Origin: a bacterium
Lineage (GTDB): Bacteria; JAHJDO01
DNA: 64,000 bases
NCBI GenBank assembly: GCA_043824255.1
Contig: JBDRTG010000043.1
Location: 32,001-96,000, forward strand
Reading direction: 5' to 3'
Shown: one piece after another, positions 49,173-59,690 of the stretch
Numbering within the stretch: position 1 is the first letter of the stretch
Layout of the letters: each line of letters begins with the position of its first letter
Notes under the pieces: model-generated
Told to the model about the DNA's origin: nothing
What the model saw: only the letters and a program-made list of their open reading frames with translations
Database searches by the model: none
Program-made: the position numbers and the translations under genes

Positions 49173-50680
49173 ATGACTACTTCCGTCTTAATATTAATGT
49201 CTCTTTTATGCTTAAACAAATATCCCAGTATTGGAATATCTTTCAATAGAGGAATGCCGTGTTCAATGGTTTTTTTATCCTCCTTAAAAAGACCGCCTAT
49301 AACCAGAGTATCCCTATCCTTCATGCTCACAGTTGTATCCGTTGATCTATTGCTAAAAATTGGCGTGTCATATTCGCCTTTGTATCCTATAATATATTTT
49401 ACCTCTGGTTTTACGTTCAGAACAATTAGTTCATTATTTCTAACATGGGGTGTAACAGTCAGGGTTATACCTGTCTGCAGAAAATCAGTTATAAAATATC
49501 GTGTCCCTGCTCCTACTCCTGCTGCTCTATTATCATAGTTTTCTTTTCTGTACGGTATACTATCTCCGGATGTGATAACCGCTTTTTGATTATTGAGAAC
49601 AACCACCTTTGGCCGCGCAACTATCTTTGCTCTTCCTTCACTGACCAGAGCATCTATTGTTGCAAAAAGGGCGTCTCTCTTGTATTTTTCTCCCAGAAGG
49701 CCTCTTACTATAAGTTCTGTTCCCCTTGTTTCTTTTACTGCTGTATTTAATCCATGTCCAATGGTTGCTTTTACGGACGGACGAGTAAGGCTCCAGTCAA
49801 TACCTATCTCAGTTTCCTTATCATAGCTGATCTCGAATATTCGCGCTTCAATAAGCACCTGAGGTACTTTTATATCAATATTTTCAATAAGCTTTCTTAT
49901 ACTTCTAATGTATGAAACTGTATCAGTTACTATTAATTGGGATTTGTCCAGATAGACCTGTACTCTTCCTCTTGATGAAAGCTCATTTTCAACAATTGTT
50001 TTCGCTGTAGCAGGGTCAATATGTTGTAAGGGAAATACGGCCGTGATAAAATCATCAGGCAGCATCTTCTTCAGCATTTTCTCATCAATATTTGCCCCGG
50101 TTCCTTTTGATAAAGGATTGTCGAACTCCTGAGAAGTTATATCAATAATGCTGGGAGTTTGTAAGCTTAGATCTTGTTTTTTAGACGCTGTAATTGTGAT
50201 TGTAATTTCAACATCTCCGTTTTTCTCCTTGCTAACAGTATTAACAGTTACCGTTTTATTTGTGATTACATCAATCAGCGTAGAATATACAGGCGTGCCA
50301 TCATTTGTTGCCTGTATGCTCGGATTTGCGATGCTTCCTGAAATTCTGGATATCTTCAGATTTGATATAAGCTGGTCTTTTTTATGACAAAAGCCTGTTT
50401 TCTTTGCCGGATTCACTCCATCCAGATAGATTTTTGTTTTTCTATCTAATTGACCAGTTTCTACAGATATCGTTTTTGATTGATCAAACGAAACATTATT
50501 TTCTTCGTTTTTATCAAGCACCATATCTATTTTTGATGTCTTGCTATCAATATCTGTTACAGTTATTTTTGATATAGCTCCTGTCCATAAATCCTCAGAG
50601 AAACAAATTCCACCAGATATAACAGAAACCGTCAAGATGAATATCGTAACCAATATCCTAAGAACATTTTTATTTAACAT
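49148..50680 (-). CDS. Secretin (PilQ/GspD family)
   Basis: PQVLIEARI, LNNQKAVI.SG, TGITLTVTP, IGGL, GIPLLKDIPILGYLFK. Confidence 0.88.
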   Translation of the reverse strand: MLNKNVLRILVTIFILTVSVISGGICFSEDLWTGAISKITVTDIDSKTSKIDMVLDKNEENNVSFDQSKTISVETGQLDRKTKIYLDGVNPAKKTGFCHKKDQLISNLKISRISGSIANPSIQATNDGTPVYSTLIDVITNKTVTVNTVSKEKNGDVEITITITASKKQDLSLQTPSIIDITSQEFDNPLSKGTGANIDEKMLKKMLPDDFITAVFPLQHIDPATAKTIVENELSSRGRVQVYLDKSQLIVTDTVSYIRSIRKLIENIDIKVPQVLIEARIFEISYDKETEIGIDWSLTRPSVKATIGHGLNTAVKETRGTELIVRGLLGEKYKRDALFATIDALVSEGRAKIVARPKVVVLNNQKAVITSGDSIPYRKENYDNRAAGVGAGTRYFITDFLQTGITLTVTPHVRNNELIVLNVKPEVKYIIGYKGEYDTPIFSNRSTDTTVSMKDRDTLVIGGLFKEDKKTIEHGIPLLKDIPILGYLFKHKRDINIKTEVVICITTTLI

Positions 50681-51119
50681 AAAACCTCCATCTGATTACA
50701 GAAGACGATTTTGTAAACTTATACTGCTTAAAGTATTCCTGATATGCTTGGAAATACTTCCTTTCAGAAGACACATCTACAATTCTTCCATCATTGTCAT
50801 AGCTTAATAGATATATTGTTCTATATCCCTGTTCCTTATTAAGATTTTTCGTGCTCATATTAACAGTGTAGTTTGTCCCTTCCTTCCATGTGCTGATAAT
50901 TGTCAACTTTACATTCGGCCCCTTTGCTTCTCCATGAAGTATTTTCTCAAGCTCTTTATCTATCTTTTTCACAAGAGGCGGTCTCTGGAATACTGCTATT
51001 TCAGGAGCTGACATTCTGTTACCAGAAGGTGCGTTCTCTCCATAAACATGTCCTGTCCAAAATCCACATAAAATCCAAATACAAGACAAAATCCAAAATT
51101 CAAATTTAGAACTTCTCAT
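50670..51119 (-). CDS. Hypothetical exported protein
   Basis: N-terminal hydrophobic stretch; overlaps both neighbouring genes. Confidence 0.6.
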   Translation of the reverse strand: MRSSKFEFWILSCIWILCGFWTGHVYGENAPSGNRMSAPEIAVFQRPPLVKKIDKELEKILHGEAKGPNVKLTIISTWKEGTNYTVNMSTKNLNKEQGYRTIYLLSYDNDGRIVDVSSERKYFQAYQEYFKQYKFTKSSSVIRWRFYVK

Positions 51120-53788
51120 ATTGAATCACTTTTCTCATCCCAATCGCTTTCTACGGTTGCTGAAACAACTCTTGGCCGAATATTACAGGTTTTACATCCG
51201 TCAAAATTCTTCATTTTCCCTTTAAGAAATTTCTCAATTACCATTCGACAGTCTTTCATTCTAAAAATTAAGACTTGAGCATTTCCTATCTTCCCTTCTT
51301 TGACTAACCCTTTTTCCTTCATTACTTTTAAGTATGCTCCTTTATCTGTAATCGGACAGGCTCCATCCCGCCAGCCCCATGTACGGCACTTTACCATCTG
51401 TCCATTTGTAAGCTTTACCGGATGTTCCTCAGTCCTTTTTCCTAAGCATGGAACATTATTGGTCATTTCAACTACATGGTGGAAAGTATTAGCGCCTGGA
51501 ACGCTTATCAAGATTACTTTTCCTTCTTCCTTTTCTAAAAGAGCTAAGGGAGAACTTTCTCCCATAGTAAGGACTTTATGGTGATTTTCCACAAATCTTT
51601 TTGCTTTATTGCCCCAGACAGCAAAAGCGTGGGTAGGATTCAAAGACCTGTAAACACCCTGCATCCTCCAGAAAGTATCAGGAACGATACCATTGGTGGT
51701 GGATGTTTCTTTTGGGCTGTAATAACCGTGAACATCCCTGAGAAATGGAGCATCATGATTAAAAGACGGCATCATTAGAACTCCCTCTTTGCCTACGCTC
51801 TCCATTAAGACTTTACAGACTGTTTCCGCTCCGCCTTCCACATAACCGATACTGGAAAGAGAACAATGAACCATAATTCGGTCGCCCTTCCTAATACCTA
51901 ACTTTCTTAAGTCACTCCTAATATCTTCCTTTCTCAATCTAACTTTATAATGAATCTTTATGTAGCCGTATTTATCTAAAAGAAGAAAATACCTGAGCAA
52001 ATTTCTGGTTTCCTCTTGACTTAATCTTTCTCTCAATTCATATCCAACCAGTTTGAAGATTTGATAAAGATCCCTTTCCCCATCTGCCCAATTCAATGCC
52101 TCATCAGCTGCTTTGGGCTTTTCTCTTCTCTGGTTAAAAGGCACTTTAGCCAGGGAAAAAGGAAAACCCACGCTCTTTCTTTCTATAATCATATTTTTGG
52201 CTTCTTTTTCTTTGACAGTCATGGAAAGCAGTGCTTCTTCTGCAATTTTACTCTTTTCTTCCTTAGCTATTTTTTCTATTTCTTTTTCAAAATCATCTGT
52301 CTTTTCTTTAGGATTTATTTTTCTCAGGGAGAGAAATCTCTTTTTCTGCCATGAGCACAAAAAGTCAAACCTTTCCCCTTTTTCCTTTGTAACTTCACCC
52401 ATTAATTTTTTGCTCTCTTCCAAAATCTTTATTTTTGCTTCTCTTAAGGCAAGATTTTTCAGATATTTCATCTCTTCTTTATCCGCAGCAGCCAGAAAGT
52501 AGGCATAGGAAGCTACTAGGGTGATTATCTTCCCTGCTAAGTTCCAGTCAATAATCCGGTCAAAGGCATCCATGGAATTATGATGGTATTTCCCAGGATG
52601 TATCCAGACCCAATTCGTTGGAATGCCAATGGTCTTATCAGGCATGTGAGTATCATCAGAAAAGTTTCCTCTTCCTATCTGGCAGTGATAAGAAGAAAGA
52701 TAGGATTTCGCCATGTTCTCAAGAAGAAAATCTCCAAAAAAAGGCTGGCTAGCCGGGTTCATTCTTATATTGACAGGGAAACCTGTTTTTTGAGGGTCGT
52801 TACCTATGCCATCCAGACTTACAGCCGCAATTATCTTCTCTCTTTTTCTTTTATCAGCAAAAAAATGGGCAAAGCCATATCTTTCTGATGATGCTAAAAA
52901 TCTAATTCCTCTCTTCAAAGGAGAAAGTTTGCCTTTCTTTACCAGGTTGGAGAGTAGTCTGCTTATCTCAATTAAAGCCGCTCCTCCGATAGCGTCATCT
53001 CCTAAAAATGGTTCGTAGAGATGGGCTAAAAATAAGATTTCTCTGTCTTCCTTTCCTTGAATGAGCCCGGTAACCTCTGCAATTGAACCATCATAAATCC
53101 TGCTTTTTACCGCAGCCTTTACCTTTACGTTTTTCTCTCTGAGTAATTTTGCCAGATAATCCCCCTTACGCGGAGAGATACAGAAACAAAAAATCTTTTT
53201 ATCCTCTATGGTGTGGTACCACCCGGGACCTCCGCTCCAGCCATTTGCCCAGCTAATGCCGTCGGGCAGGTCCAGATAACCTTCTGAATAAGAGGAGATA
53301 ATACCTATGGCTCCTTTTTGGATCGCTTCTTTTTCTATTGCCTGAGGAGGAAAATATTGCGTAAAGATAACACTTCCTTTTACATCTTCCCCCTTTTTCA
53401 TCTTTTCCTCTGAAATTACCTCAGCCGTTATTCCTTCTTTAGGAGTTGGAGCACAGCGATTGGCAACACAGAAAGGCTCTTCTTTATGGCTCGCTAAAAG
53501 TTTTAAAGGGACCTCTTCTGGTTCAACTATTTCAAGTGTAGCGCTTTCAACATCAAAGGCTTGCGGCATAATATGATCCAGATAGGTTGTTTTACCATCA
53601 GCAGGTAAATCCTTCTTTTCTACTCCTAAAGCCCCGGCCCTTTTAAGTTCCTGAGCAAAATAGAGAGCCGATTTCTGAAAATCCTTATAGCAAAAATGTC
53701 TTTCAAAATTATAGATCTGAGTACTTGTTCTCTTCAAATTCTCCAGATCAAGTTCTCTTTCTACAACCTCCAATATTCTACGATACAT
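51116..53788 (-). CDS. M28/DUF4910-like metallopeptidase fused to AAC(3)/YokD-family N-acetyltransferase
   Basis: AHLYE..GDDAIG, SERYG, SLDGIG, YHHNSMD; then LRKLGIRKGD.IMVHCSLSSIGYVEGGA, MPSF, RS.NPTHAF, NTFHH..E. Confidence 0.8.
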   Translation of the reverse strand: MYRRILEVVERELDLENLKRTSTQIYNFERHFCYKDFQKSALYFAQELKRAGALGVEKKDLPADGKTTYLDHIMPQAFDVESATLEIVEPEEVPLKLLASHKEEPFCVANRCAPTPKEGITAEVISEEKMKKGEDVKGSVIFTQYFPPQAIEKEAIQKGAIGIISSYSEGYLDLPDGISWANGWSGGPGWYHTIEDKKIFCFCISPRKGDYLAKLLREKNVKVKAAVKSRIYDGSIAEVTGLIQGKEDREILFLAHLYEPFLGDDAIGGAALIEISRLLSNLVKKGKLSPLKRGIRFLASSERYGFAHFFADKRKREKIIAAVSLDGIGNDPQKTGFPVNIRMNPASQPFFGDFLLENMAKSYLSSYHCQIGRGNFSDDTHMPDKTIGIPTNWVWIHPGKYHHNSMDAFDRIIDWNLAGKIITLVASYAYFLAAADKEEMKYLKNLALREAKIKILEESKKLMGEVTKEKGERFDFLCSWQKKRFLSLRKINPKEKTDDFEKEIEKIAKEEKSKIAEEALLSMTVKEKEAKNMIIERKSVGFPFSLAKVPFNQRREKPKAADEALNWADGERDLYQIFKLVGYELRERLSQEETRNLLRYFLLLDKYGYIKIHYKVRLRKEDIRSDLRKLGIRKGDRIMVHCSLSSIGYVEGGAETVCKVLMESVGKEGVLMMPSFNHDAPFLRDVHGYYSPKETSTTNGIVPDTFWRMQGVYRSLNPTHAFAVWGNKAKRFVENHHKVLTMGESSPLALLEKEEGKVILISVPGANTFHHVVEMTNNVPCLGKRTEEHPVKLTNGQMVKCRTWGWRDGACPITDKGAYLKVMKEKGLVKEGKIGNAQVLIFRMKDCRMVIEKFLKGKMKNFDGCKTCNIRPRVVSATVESDWDEKSDSI

Positions 53789-53814
53789 ATTTGCTTCATC
53801 CTTAACTAAAAAAC

Positions 53815-54849
53815 TTAAGTTTCACTTGAAAATAGTTCTTTTTGAGGAGCTTCCTTATTTGGCATGACACCAAGATGTTTATATGCAAGTGTAGTTGCTT
53901 TTCTACCACTTGGTGTACGTTTGATAAATCCCTGCTGTATGAGATATGGTTCATAAATCTCTTCTATTGTGTCCTGCTCTTCACCTATAGCAACAGCAAT
54001 TGTTCCTATTCCTACAGGACCGCCATTAAATTTATGGATGATTGTTTCTAGAATTTTTTTATCCATATCATCAAGTCCATATTTATCTACCTCCAGCATC
54101 ATTAAAGCCTTATCAGCAACTTCATTAGTAATCTTCCCGTCTGCTTTTACTTCCGCATAATCCCTTACACGCCTGAGGAGTCTATTCCCTATTCTTGGTG
54201 TACCGCGTGACCTTTTTGCAATCTCCATAGCTCCTTCAGATGTTATCTCAACACGAAGAATCTTTGCAGAGCGAATGATAATATCATATAGATCATCCTG
54301 TCCGTAAAACTCTAATCTGGACACGATACCAAATCTCGACCTTAGAGGGGAAGTAAGAAGCCCGGCGCGCGTTGTTGCTCCAATAAGTGTAAAAGAGGGA
54401 AGATCGAGCTTTACTGACCTTGCACTTGGGCCTTTGTCAATCATAATGTCTATCTTATAGTTCTCCATAGCTGGATATAAATATTCCTCTACAACGTGAC
54501 TAAGGCGATGCACCTCGTCTATGAATATAACATCTCCATCGTCCAGATTTGTGAGAACGCCAGCTAAATCACCAGCTCTCTCAATAACAGGCCCTGAACT
54601 GGTTCTAATATTTACATCCATAGTTCTGGCAATTATATTTGCAAGTGTTGTTTTTCCAAGTCCGGGCGGCCCATACAAAAGGACATGGTCAAGTGATTCG
54701 TTTCTCTTTTTTGCAGCTTGAATGCAAATCTGAAGATGTTCCTTGATTTTATTTTGACCAACAAATTCCTCAAACCTTCCAGGTCGCAGAGTAACGTCAA
54801 ACTCCTTATCTTCGTCCCGCAGATTTGGGGTTGTTATTTTGTTTTCCAT
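53815..54849 (-). CDS. ruvB: Holliday junction branch migration helicase
   Basis: [31 protein letters not shown]. Confidence 0.97.
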   Translation of the reverse strand: MENKITTPNLRDEDKEFDVTLRPGRFEEFVGQNKIKEHLQICIQAAKKRNESLDHVLLYGPPGLGKTTLANIIARTMDVNIRTSSGPVIERAGDLAGVLTNLDDGDVIFIDEVHRLSHVVEEYLYPAMENYKIDIMIDKGPSARSVKLDLPSFTLIGATTRAGLLTSPLRSRFGIVSRLEFYGQDDLYDIIIRSAKILRVEITSEGAMEIAKRSRGTPRIGNRLLRRVRDYAEVKADGKITNEVADKALMMLEVDKYGLDDMDKKILETIIHKFNGGPVGIGTIAVAIGEEQDTIEEIYEPYLIQQGFIKRTPSGRKATTLAYKHLGVMPNKEAPQKELFSSET

Positions 54850-55016
54850 ATAATATAACTATAATCAATTTATCAGAAAAATACAACGGGATTGTAAATG
54901 AGAAAGTAGTTGATTCGTCTGGCAAAATATCCTACATTAAACTCTACCAACATGTATGATATTATATCGGCAATATTTAGTATTATAGCTTAAATGATAA
55001 CAAAAGGAGTGAAGAA

Positions 55017-56267
55017 ATGATCGAAACAAATCTGTTTAAAATTACACAGAACCAATTAGATGAAGCTGTTGAGAAGTTGGGTCTCAATAAGGCTGCTCAC
55101 GAGCTTCTTCGGTGGCCTCAACGGGAATTCACGTTCACTCTTCCAGTAAAGATGGATGATGGAACTACCAAGATCTTTCATGGATTCAGAATTCAATATA
55201 ATTCAGCTCTTGGTCCCACAAAGGGAGGAGTGCGCTGGCATCCTGAAGAAACTATAGATACTGTGCGCGCTCTAGCTGCGTGGATGACATGGAAGTGTGC
55301 TCTTGTAAACATCCCTCTTGGAGGGGGTAAAGGCGGTATAATTTGCAATCCTAAGATAATGTCCGAAAGGGAAAAAGAATATCTTGCAAGGGCTTATATC
55401 AGAGCTATTGCTTCTCACATTGGCGTCCACAAAGATGTACCTGCTCCTGATGTTTACACAACACCGCAGATTATGGCTTGGATGATGGATGAGTACGAGG
55501 CTATAGTGGGGGAATCTCATCCAGGGATGATCACAGGCAAACCGCTGTCATTGGGAGGCAGTGAAGGACGTGGAGATGCAACAGCTCGTGGAGGAGTCTT
55601 TACTGTAAGAGAGGCATGCAAAGCTTGTGGTATTAGCTCCAAAGGCACCTTTGCAGTTCAGGGCTTTGGAAACGCAGGACAATTCGCAGCACTGCTTCAT
55701 CCGGAAATACTAGAAGAAGGAAAACTTATTGCAGTATCTGACTCAAAGGGAGGAATATATAAGGAATCCGGAATTAATCCTAGAGATATAGTAGACCATA
55801 AATTAAAAACAGGAAGTGTAGCCGATTTCCCCGGAACAAGTTCTATCAGCAATAAAGAGATTATTGAGCTTGATGTTGATGTTTTCTATCCAGCAGCTAT
55901 GGAGAACGTTATTACTGAGAAAAACGCGCAAAATATCAAAGCCAGAATAATCTGTGAGCTTGCAAACGGACCTACAACTCCTGAAGCAGACGCAATACTT
56001 TATGCAAAAGGCGTTCACATTATACCGGATTTTCTTGCCAATGCCGGAGGAGTAACTGTCAGCTATTTTGAACAGGTTCAAAATACATATAACTATTACT
56101 GGACATTGGATGATGTGCATAAACAGCTGGATGCCAAAATGACCACTGCTTACCACTCAGTATATAAAATGCATAAGGAAAAGAATGTTCATATGCGTTT
56201 AGCTGCATATATGATTGCCGTTTCCCGCGTTGCCGAGGCTGTAAAACTTAGAGGCTGGATATCGTAA
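55017..56267 (+). CDS. Glu/Leu/Phe/Val dehydrogenase, probably glutamate dehydrogenase
   Basis: [45 protein letters not shown]. Confidence 0.93.
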   Translation: MIETNLFKITQNQLDEAVEKLGLNKAAHELLRWPQREFTFTLPVKMDDGTTKIFHGFRIQYNSALGPTKGGVRWHPEETIDTVRALAAWMTWKCALVNIPLGGGKGGIICNPKIMSEREKEYLARAYIRAIASHIGVHKDVPAPDVYTTPQIMAWMMDEYEAIVGESHPGMITGKPLSLGGSEGRGDATARGGVFTVREACKACGISSKGTFAVQGFGNAGQFAALLHPEILEEGKLIAVSDSKGGIYKESGINPRDIVDHKLKTGSVADFPGTSSISNKEIIELDVDVFYPAAMENVITEKNAQNIKARIICELANGPTTPEADAILYAKGVHIIPDFLANAGGVTVSYFEQVQNTYNYYWTLDDVHKQLDAKMTTAYHSVYKMHKEKNVHMRLAAYMIAVSRVAEAVKLRGWIS

Positions 56268-56292
56268 AAGACAAGTTGGTGTTTTTTAGCTA

Positions 56293-56322
56293 TTGTCAAC
56301 TATATTTGTACTATGATATAAT
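56293..56322 (+). promoter_or_regulatory. Promoter of the carB operon
   Basis: TTGTCA-N18-TATAAT with extended TG. Confidence 0.6.
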
Positions 56323-56450
56323 TCCGTCCCATGAGATTCTCAATGGGATTTTCGATCGCCTTTTCAGTATGGTCTGTTCAGCGATGTCTGTTCTCTAGTA
56401 ATATCATGTTTATAATGCCTAACATATCAAAGCGCTAAGGAGATTATTTT

Positions 56451-59400
56451 ATGCCAAAAAGGACTGATATCCATAAGATTTTAATTATAGGTTCCGGCCC
56501 CATAATTATAGGTCAGGCATGTGAGTTTGACTATTCAGGCACTCAAGCATGTAAAGCACTTAAGGAAGAAGGGTATGAAGTGGTACTTGTAAACTCTAAT
56601 CCTGCTACTATTATGACAGACCCTGACACAGCTGATAAAACATACATAGAACCGCTTACTGTGGAAAGTCTTGAAGAAATTATCAAGAAGGAAAAGCCTG
56701 ATGCGCTTCTTCCCAACCTAGGAGGGCAGACAGGACTTAATCTTGCATCCAGTCTTTACAGCTCAGGAGTATTGAAAAGATATGGAGTTGAACTCATTGG
56801 CGTTAAAGCAGACGCTATTGAGCGAGGAGAAGACAGGATTGCATTCAAGAAGACAATGAATAAATTGGGCATATCTCTTCCTAGATCTGAGCCATGTTAT
56901 TCTGTTGAGGAAGCTGAAAATATAGCAGAGAAACTTGGATATCCTGTCGTATTGCGGCCTGCTTATACATTAGGCGGAACAGGAGGAGGAATTGCATACA
57001 ATGTAGAAGAGCTGAAAACTATTGTCAGCAGAGGTCTTGCAGTAAGTCTCGTACATCAGGTTCTGGTTGAAGAATCTGTTTTGGGATGGGAGGAATTAGA
57101 GCTTGAGGTTGTAAGGGACCAGAAAAATCAGAAGATTACAGTCTGTTTTATTGAAAATATTGATGCTATGGGCATACACACAGGAGATAGCTTCTGCTCC
57201 GCACCTATGCTCACGGTCCCACAAGCTTTGCAAAAGCGTATGCAGGAGATTTCTTATAAGATTGTTGATGCTATTGGCGTTATAGGCGGTACAAATGTTC
57301 AGCTTGCGCATAATCCTAAGGATGACAGGCTGGTGGTAATAGAGATCAATCCACGAACGTCGCGCTCATCTGCTCTTGCCTCTAAAGCAACTGGATTTCC
57401 AATAGCCCGTATCTCTACAAAGCTTGCTGTTGGTATTACAATGGACGAGATTCCATATTGGAAGAAAGGAACCCTTGAGAAATATGAACCCAGTGGAGAG
57501 TATGTAGTAATTAAATTTGCGCGCTGGGCTTTTGAAAAGTTTCCAGGAGCAAAGGATATACTTGGAACACAAATGAAGGCCGTAGGCGAAGTAATGAGCA
57601 TAGGAAAGACATATAAAGAATCCTTTCAAAAAGCCATCCGCTCTCTTGAGATAAACAGATGTGGTCTTGGCGGAGCTAAGAACTTTAAAACACTTTCCCT
57701 TGAAAGATTGAAAGAGAAATTAGCAACCCCCTCCAGCGAACGTATTTTTCTGATGTATGAGGCGCTGCGCAAGGGTATGAGTGTAGAAGAACTTTACCAG
57801 ATGACCTATATTGGACGCTGGTTTATTAAAGAGATGAAGGAACTTGTAGATTTTGAGGAAGAATTAATCAAAAACATATGGAAAAATCTTCCTGAGAGAA
57901 AATTGGCAAAAGCAAAAGAGTGGGGGTTTTCAGATAAATATCTGGCAGGCCTTTTTGAAGTAAAAGAAAAAGAGGTCAGACAAAAGAGAATCGCCATAGG
58001 CAAATGCGGCTGTTTTGAGGCTGTCCCCGTAAGCGGAGTAGAGAATGCTGCTTATTATTATTCCACTTACAACGGTAAAGATTCAGTTCCTGTATCATCA
58101 AAAAAGAAGATAATGATTTTAGGCGGCGGACCTAATAGAATTGGGCAGGGTATTGAATTTGATTATACGTGTGTACACGCAGCTTTTGCTTTGCGGGATG
58201 AAGGATATGAGTCAATTATGGTTAACTGCAATCCTGAAACCGTATCTACTGATTATGACACTTCAAACAAGCTTTATTTTGAACCTTTAACAGTTGAAGA
58301 TGTACTCACAATTTACGAAAAGGAGAAGCCGGAAGGTGTTATTGTTCAGTTTGGCGGACAGACTCCTCTGAATATTGCTCAGGAATTAAAGAATAACGGT
58401 GTGAAAATTCTTGGGACAACGCCTGAAAGCATACATCTTGCAGAGGATAGAGAGCGTTTTAGAGAAAAAATGATTGCTCTTAATATCCTACAGCCGGAGA
58501 GCGGCATAGCGCGTTCATTAGACGAAGCTCTTATAACCGCTAATAAGATAGGATATCCTCTTATGGTACGCCCATCTTATGTGTTAGGAGGGCGTGGAAT
58601 GCAAATTATTTATGATGAAGCTATGCTGCGGGATTATGCCATTGAAGCTATTCAGGTCAGTCCGGAACATCCAATGCTTATTGATAGATTTCTTGAGCAG
58701 GCTGTAGAGGCAGAAGTTGATGCTATTTCCGATGGAGAAAATACATTTGTAGCAGCTGTTATGGAACATATAGAATTAGCAGGTGTTCATTCGGGAGATT
58801 CTGCATGCGCCATCCCATCAAGAACTATTAAAAAAGAGCACTTAAATACAATAGAGAAATATACATCAGCAATTGCAAAGGAATTAAATGTCGTAGGTTT
58901 AATGAATATTCAATATGCAATATGTGATAATAAGGTTTATATACTGGAGGCTAATCCAAGAGCTTCGCGTACAGTTCCAGTAGTCTCTAAAGTAACAGGC
59001 ATAGCAATAGCCCATATAGCAACTCAAATAATGCTGGGTAAGAAGATAAGAGATTTTCCTGAACTAAAACCTCGCAAGCTTCCTTATGTAGCCGTTAAAG
59101 AAGCTGTTTTCCCGTTTAATATGTTTCCGGAAGTAGATCCTTTACTAGGTCCGGAGATGAGAGCTACAGGAGAGGTTATGGGAATTGGCGATACATTCGG
59201 ACTTGCTTTTTATAAGGCATCAGAAGCAGCCGGTTCAAAGCTTCCGCTTAAAGGTAATATGCTTTTGACAATAGCTGATAAAGATAAACCTTTTTTGATT
59301 CCCATTGCTCAGCGGATTAAGAAACTTGGTTTTAATATTTATGCTACAAAAGGCACAGCTAAATTTTTAAAAGAGAATAGCATACAGAATACAGAAATAA

Positions 59401-59672
59401 AAAAATTACATGAAGGAAGGCCAAATATAACTGACGCAGTCAAAAACAAAGAGATCAATCTTATTATCAATACACCTGTTGGACGCAGCGGGAAGCATGA
59501 TGACAGTTATATTCGCAGAACTGCAATACAGCACAGGATTCCCTATATTACTTCGATAACGGCTGCAGAAGCCAGTATTGAAGGGATTGAATCTGTGACT
59601 AAAACCAGAAGTTTACCAAGGTCACTTCAGGATTATCTCAAGAAACTTATTAAAGTTAGAGAACAAGAATAA
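56451..59672 (+). CDS. carB: Carbamoyl-phosphate synthase large subunit
   Basis: MPKRTDI, IGQACEFDYSG, GPNRIGQGIEFDY, two ATP-grasp halves and an MGS tail. Confidence 0.97.
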   Translation: MPKRTDIHKILIIGSGPIIIGQACEFDYSGTQACKALKEEGYEVVLVNSNPATIMTDPDTADKTYIEPLTVESLEEIIKKEKPDALLPNLGGQTGLNLASSLYSSGVLKRYGVELIGVKADAIERGEDRIAFKKTMNKLGISLPRSEPCYSVEEAENIAEKLGYPVVLRPAYTLGGTGGGIAYNVEELKTIVSRGLAVSLVHQVLVEESVLGWEELELEVVRDQKNQKITVCFIENIDAMGIHTGDSFCSAPMLTVPQALQKRMQEISYKIVDAIGVIGGTNVQLAHNPKDDRLVVIEINPRTSRSSALASKATGFPIARISTKLAVGITMDEIPYWKKGTLEKYEPSGEYVVIKFARWAFEKFPGAKDILGTQMKAVGEVMSIGKTYKESFQKAIRSLEINRCGLGGAKNFKTLSLERLKEKLATPSSERIFLMYEALRKGMSVEELYQMTYIGRWFIKEMKELVDFEEELIKNIWKNLPERKLAKAKEWGFSDKYLAGLFEVKEKEVRQKRIAIGKCGCFEAVPVSGVENAAYYYSTYNGKDSVPVSSKKKIMILGGGPNRIGQGIEFDYTCVHAAFALRDEGYESIMVNCNPETVSTDYDTSNKLYFEPLTVEDVLTIYEKEKPEGVIVQFGGQTPLNIAQELKNNGVKILGTTPESIHLAEDRERFREKMIALNILQPESGIARSLDEALITANKIGYPLMVRPSYVLGGRGMQIIYDEAMLRDYAIEAIQVSPEHPMLIDRFLEQAVEAEVDAISDGENTFVAAVMEHIELAGVHSGDSACAIPSRTIKKEHLNTIEKYTSAIAKELNVVGLMNIQYAICDNKVYILEANPRASRTVPVVSKVTGIAIAHIATQIMLGKKIRDFPELKPRKLPYVAVKEAVFPFNMFPEVDPLLGPEMRATGEVMGIGDTFGLAFYKASEAAGSKLPLKGNMLLTIADKDKPFLIPIAQRIKKLGFNIYATKGTAKFLKENSIQNTEIKKLHEGRPNITDAVKNKEINLIINTPVGRSGKHDDSYIRRTAIQHRIPYITSITAAEASIEGIESVTKTRSLPRSLQDYLKKLIKVREQE

Positions 59673-59690
59673 ATAAAAGGAGCACATAAA

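Noticed and set aside
51116..51950. Aminoglycoside resistance gene
   Set aside because: The AAC(3)-family fold alone does not show resistance; the domain is fused to a peptidase and has no mobile context.
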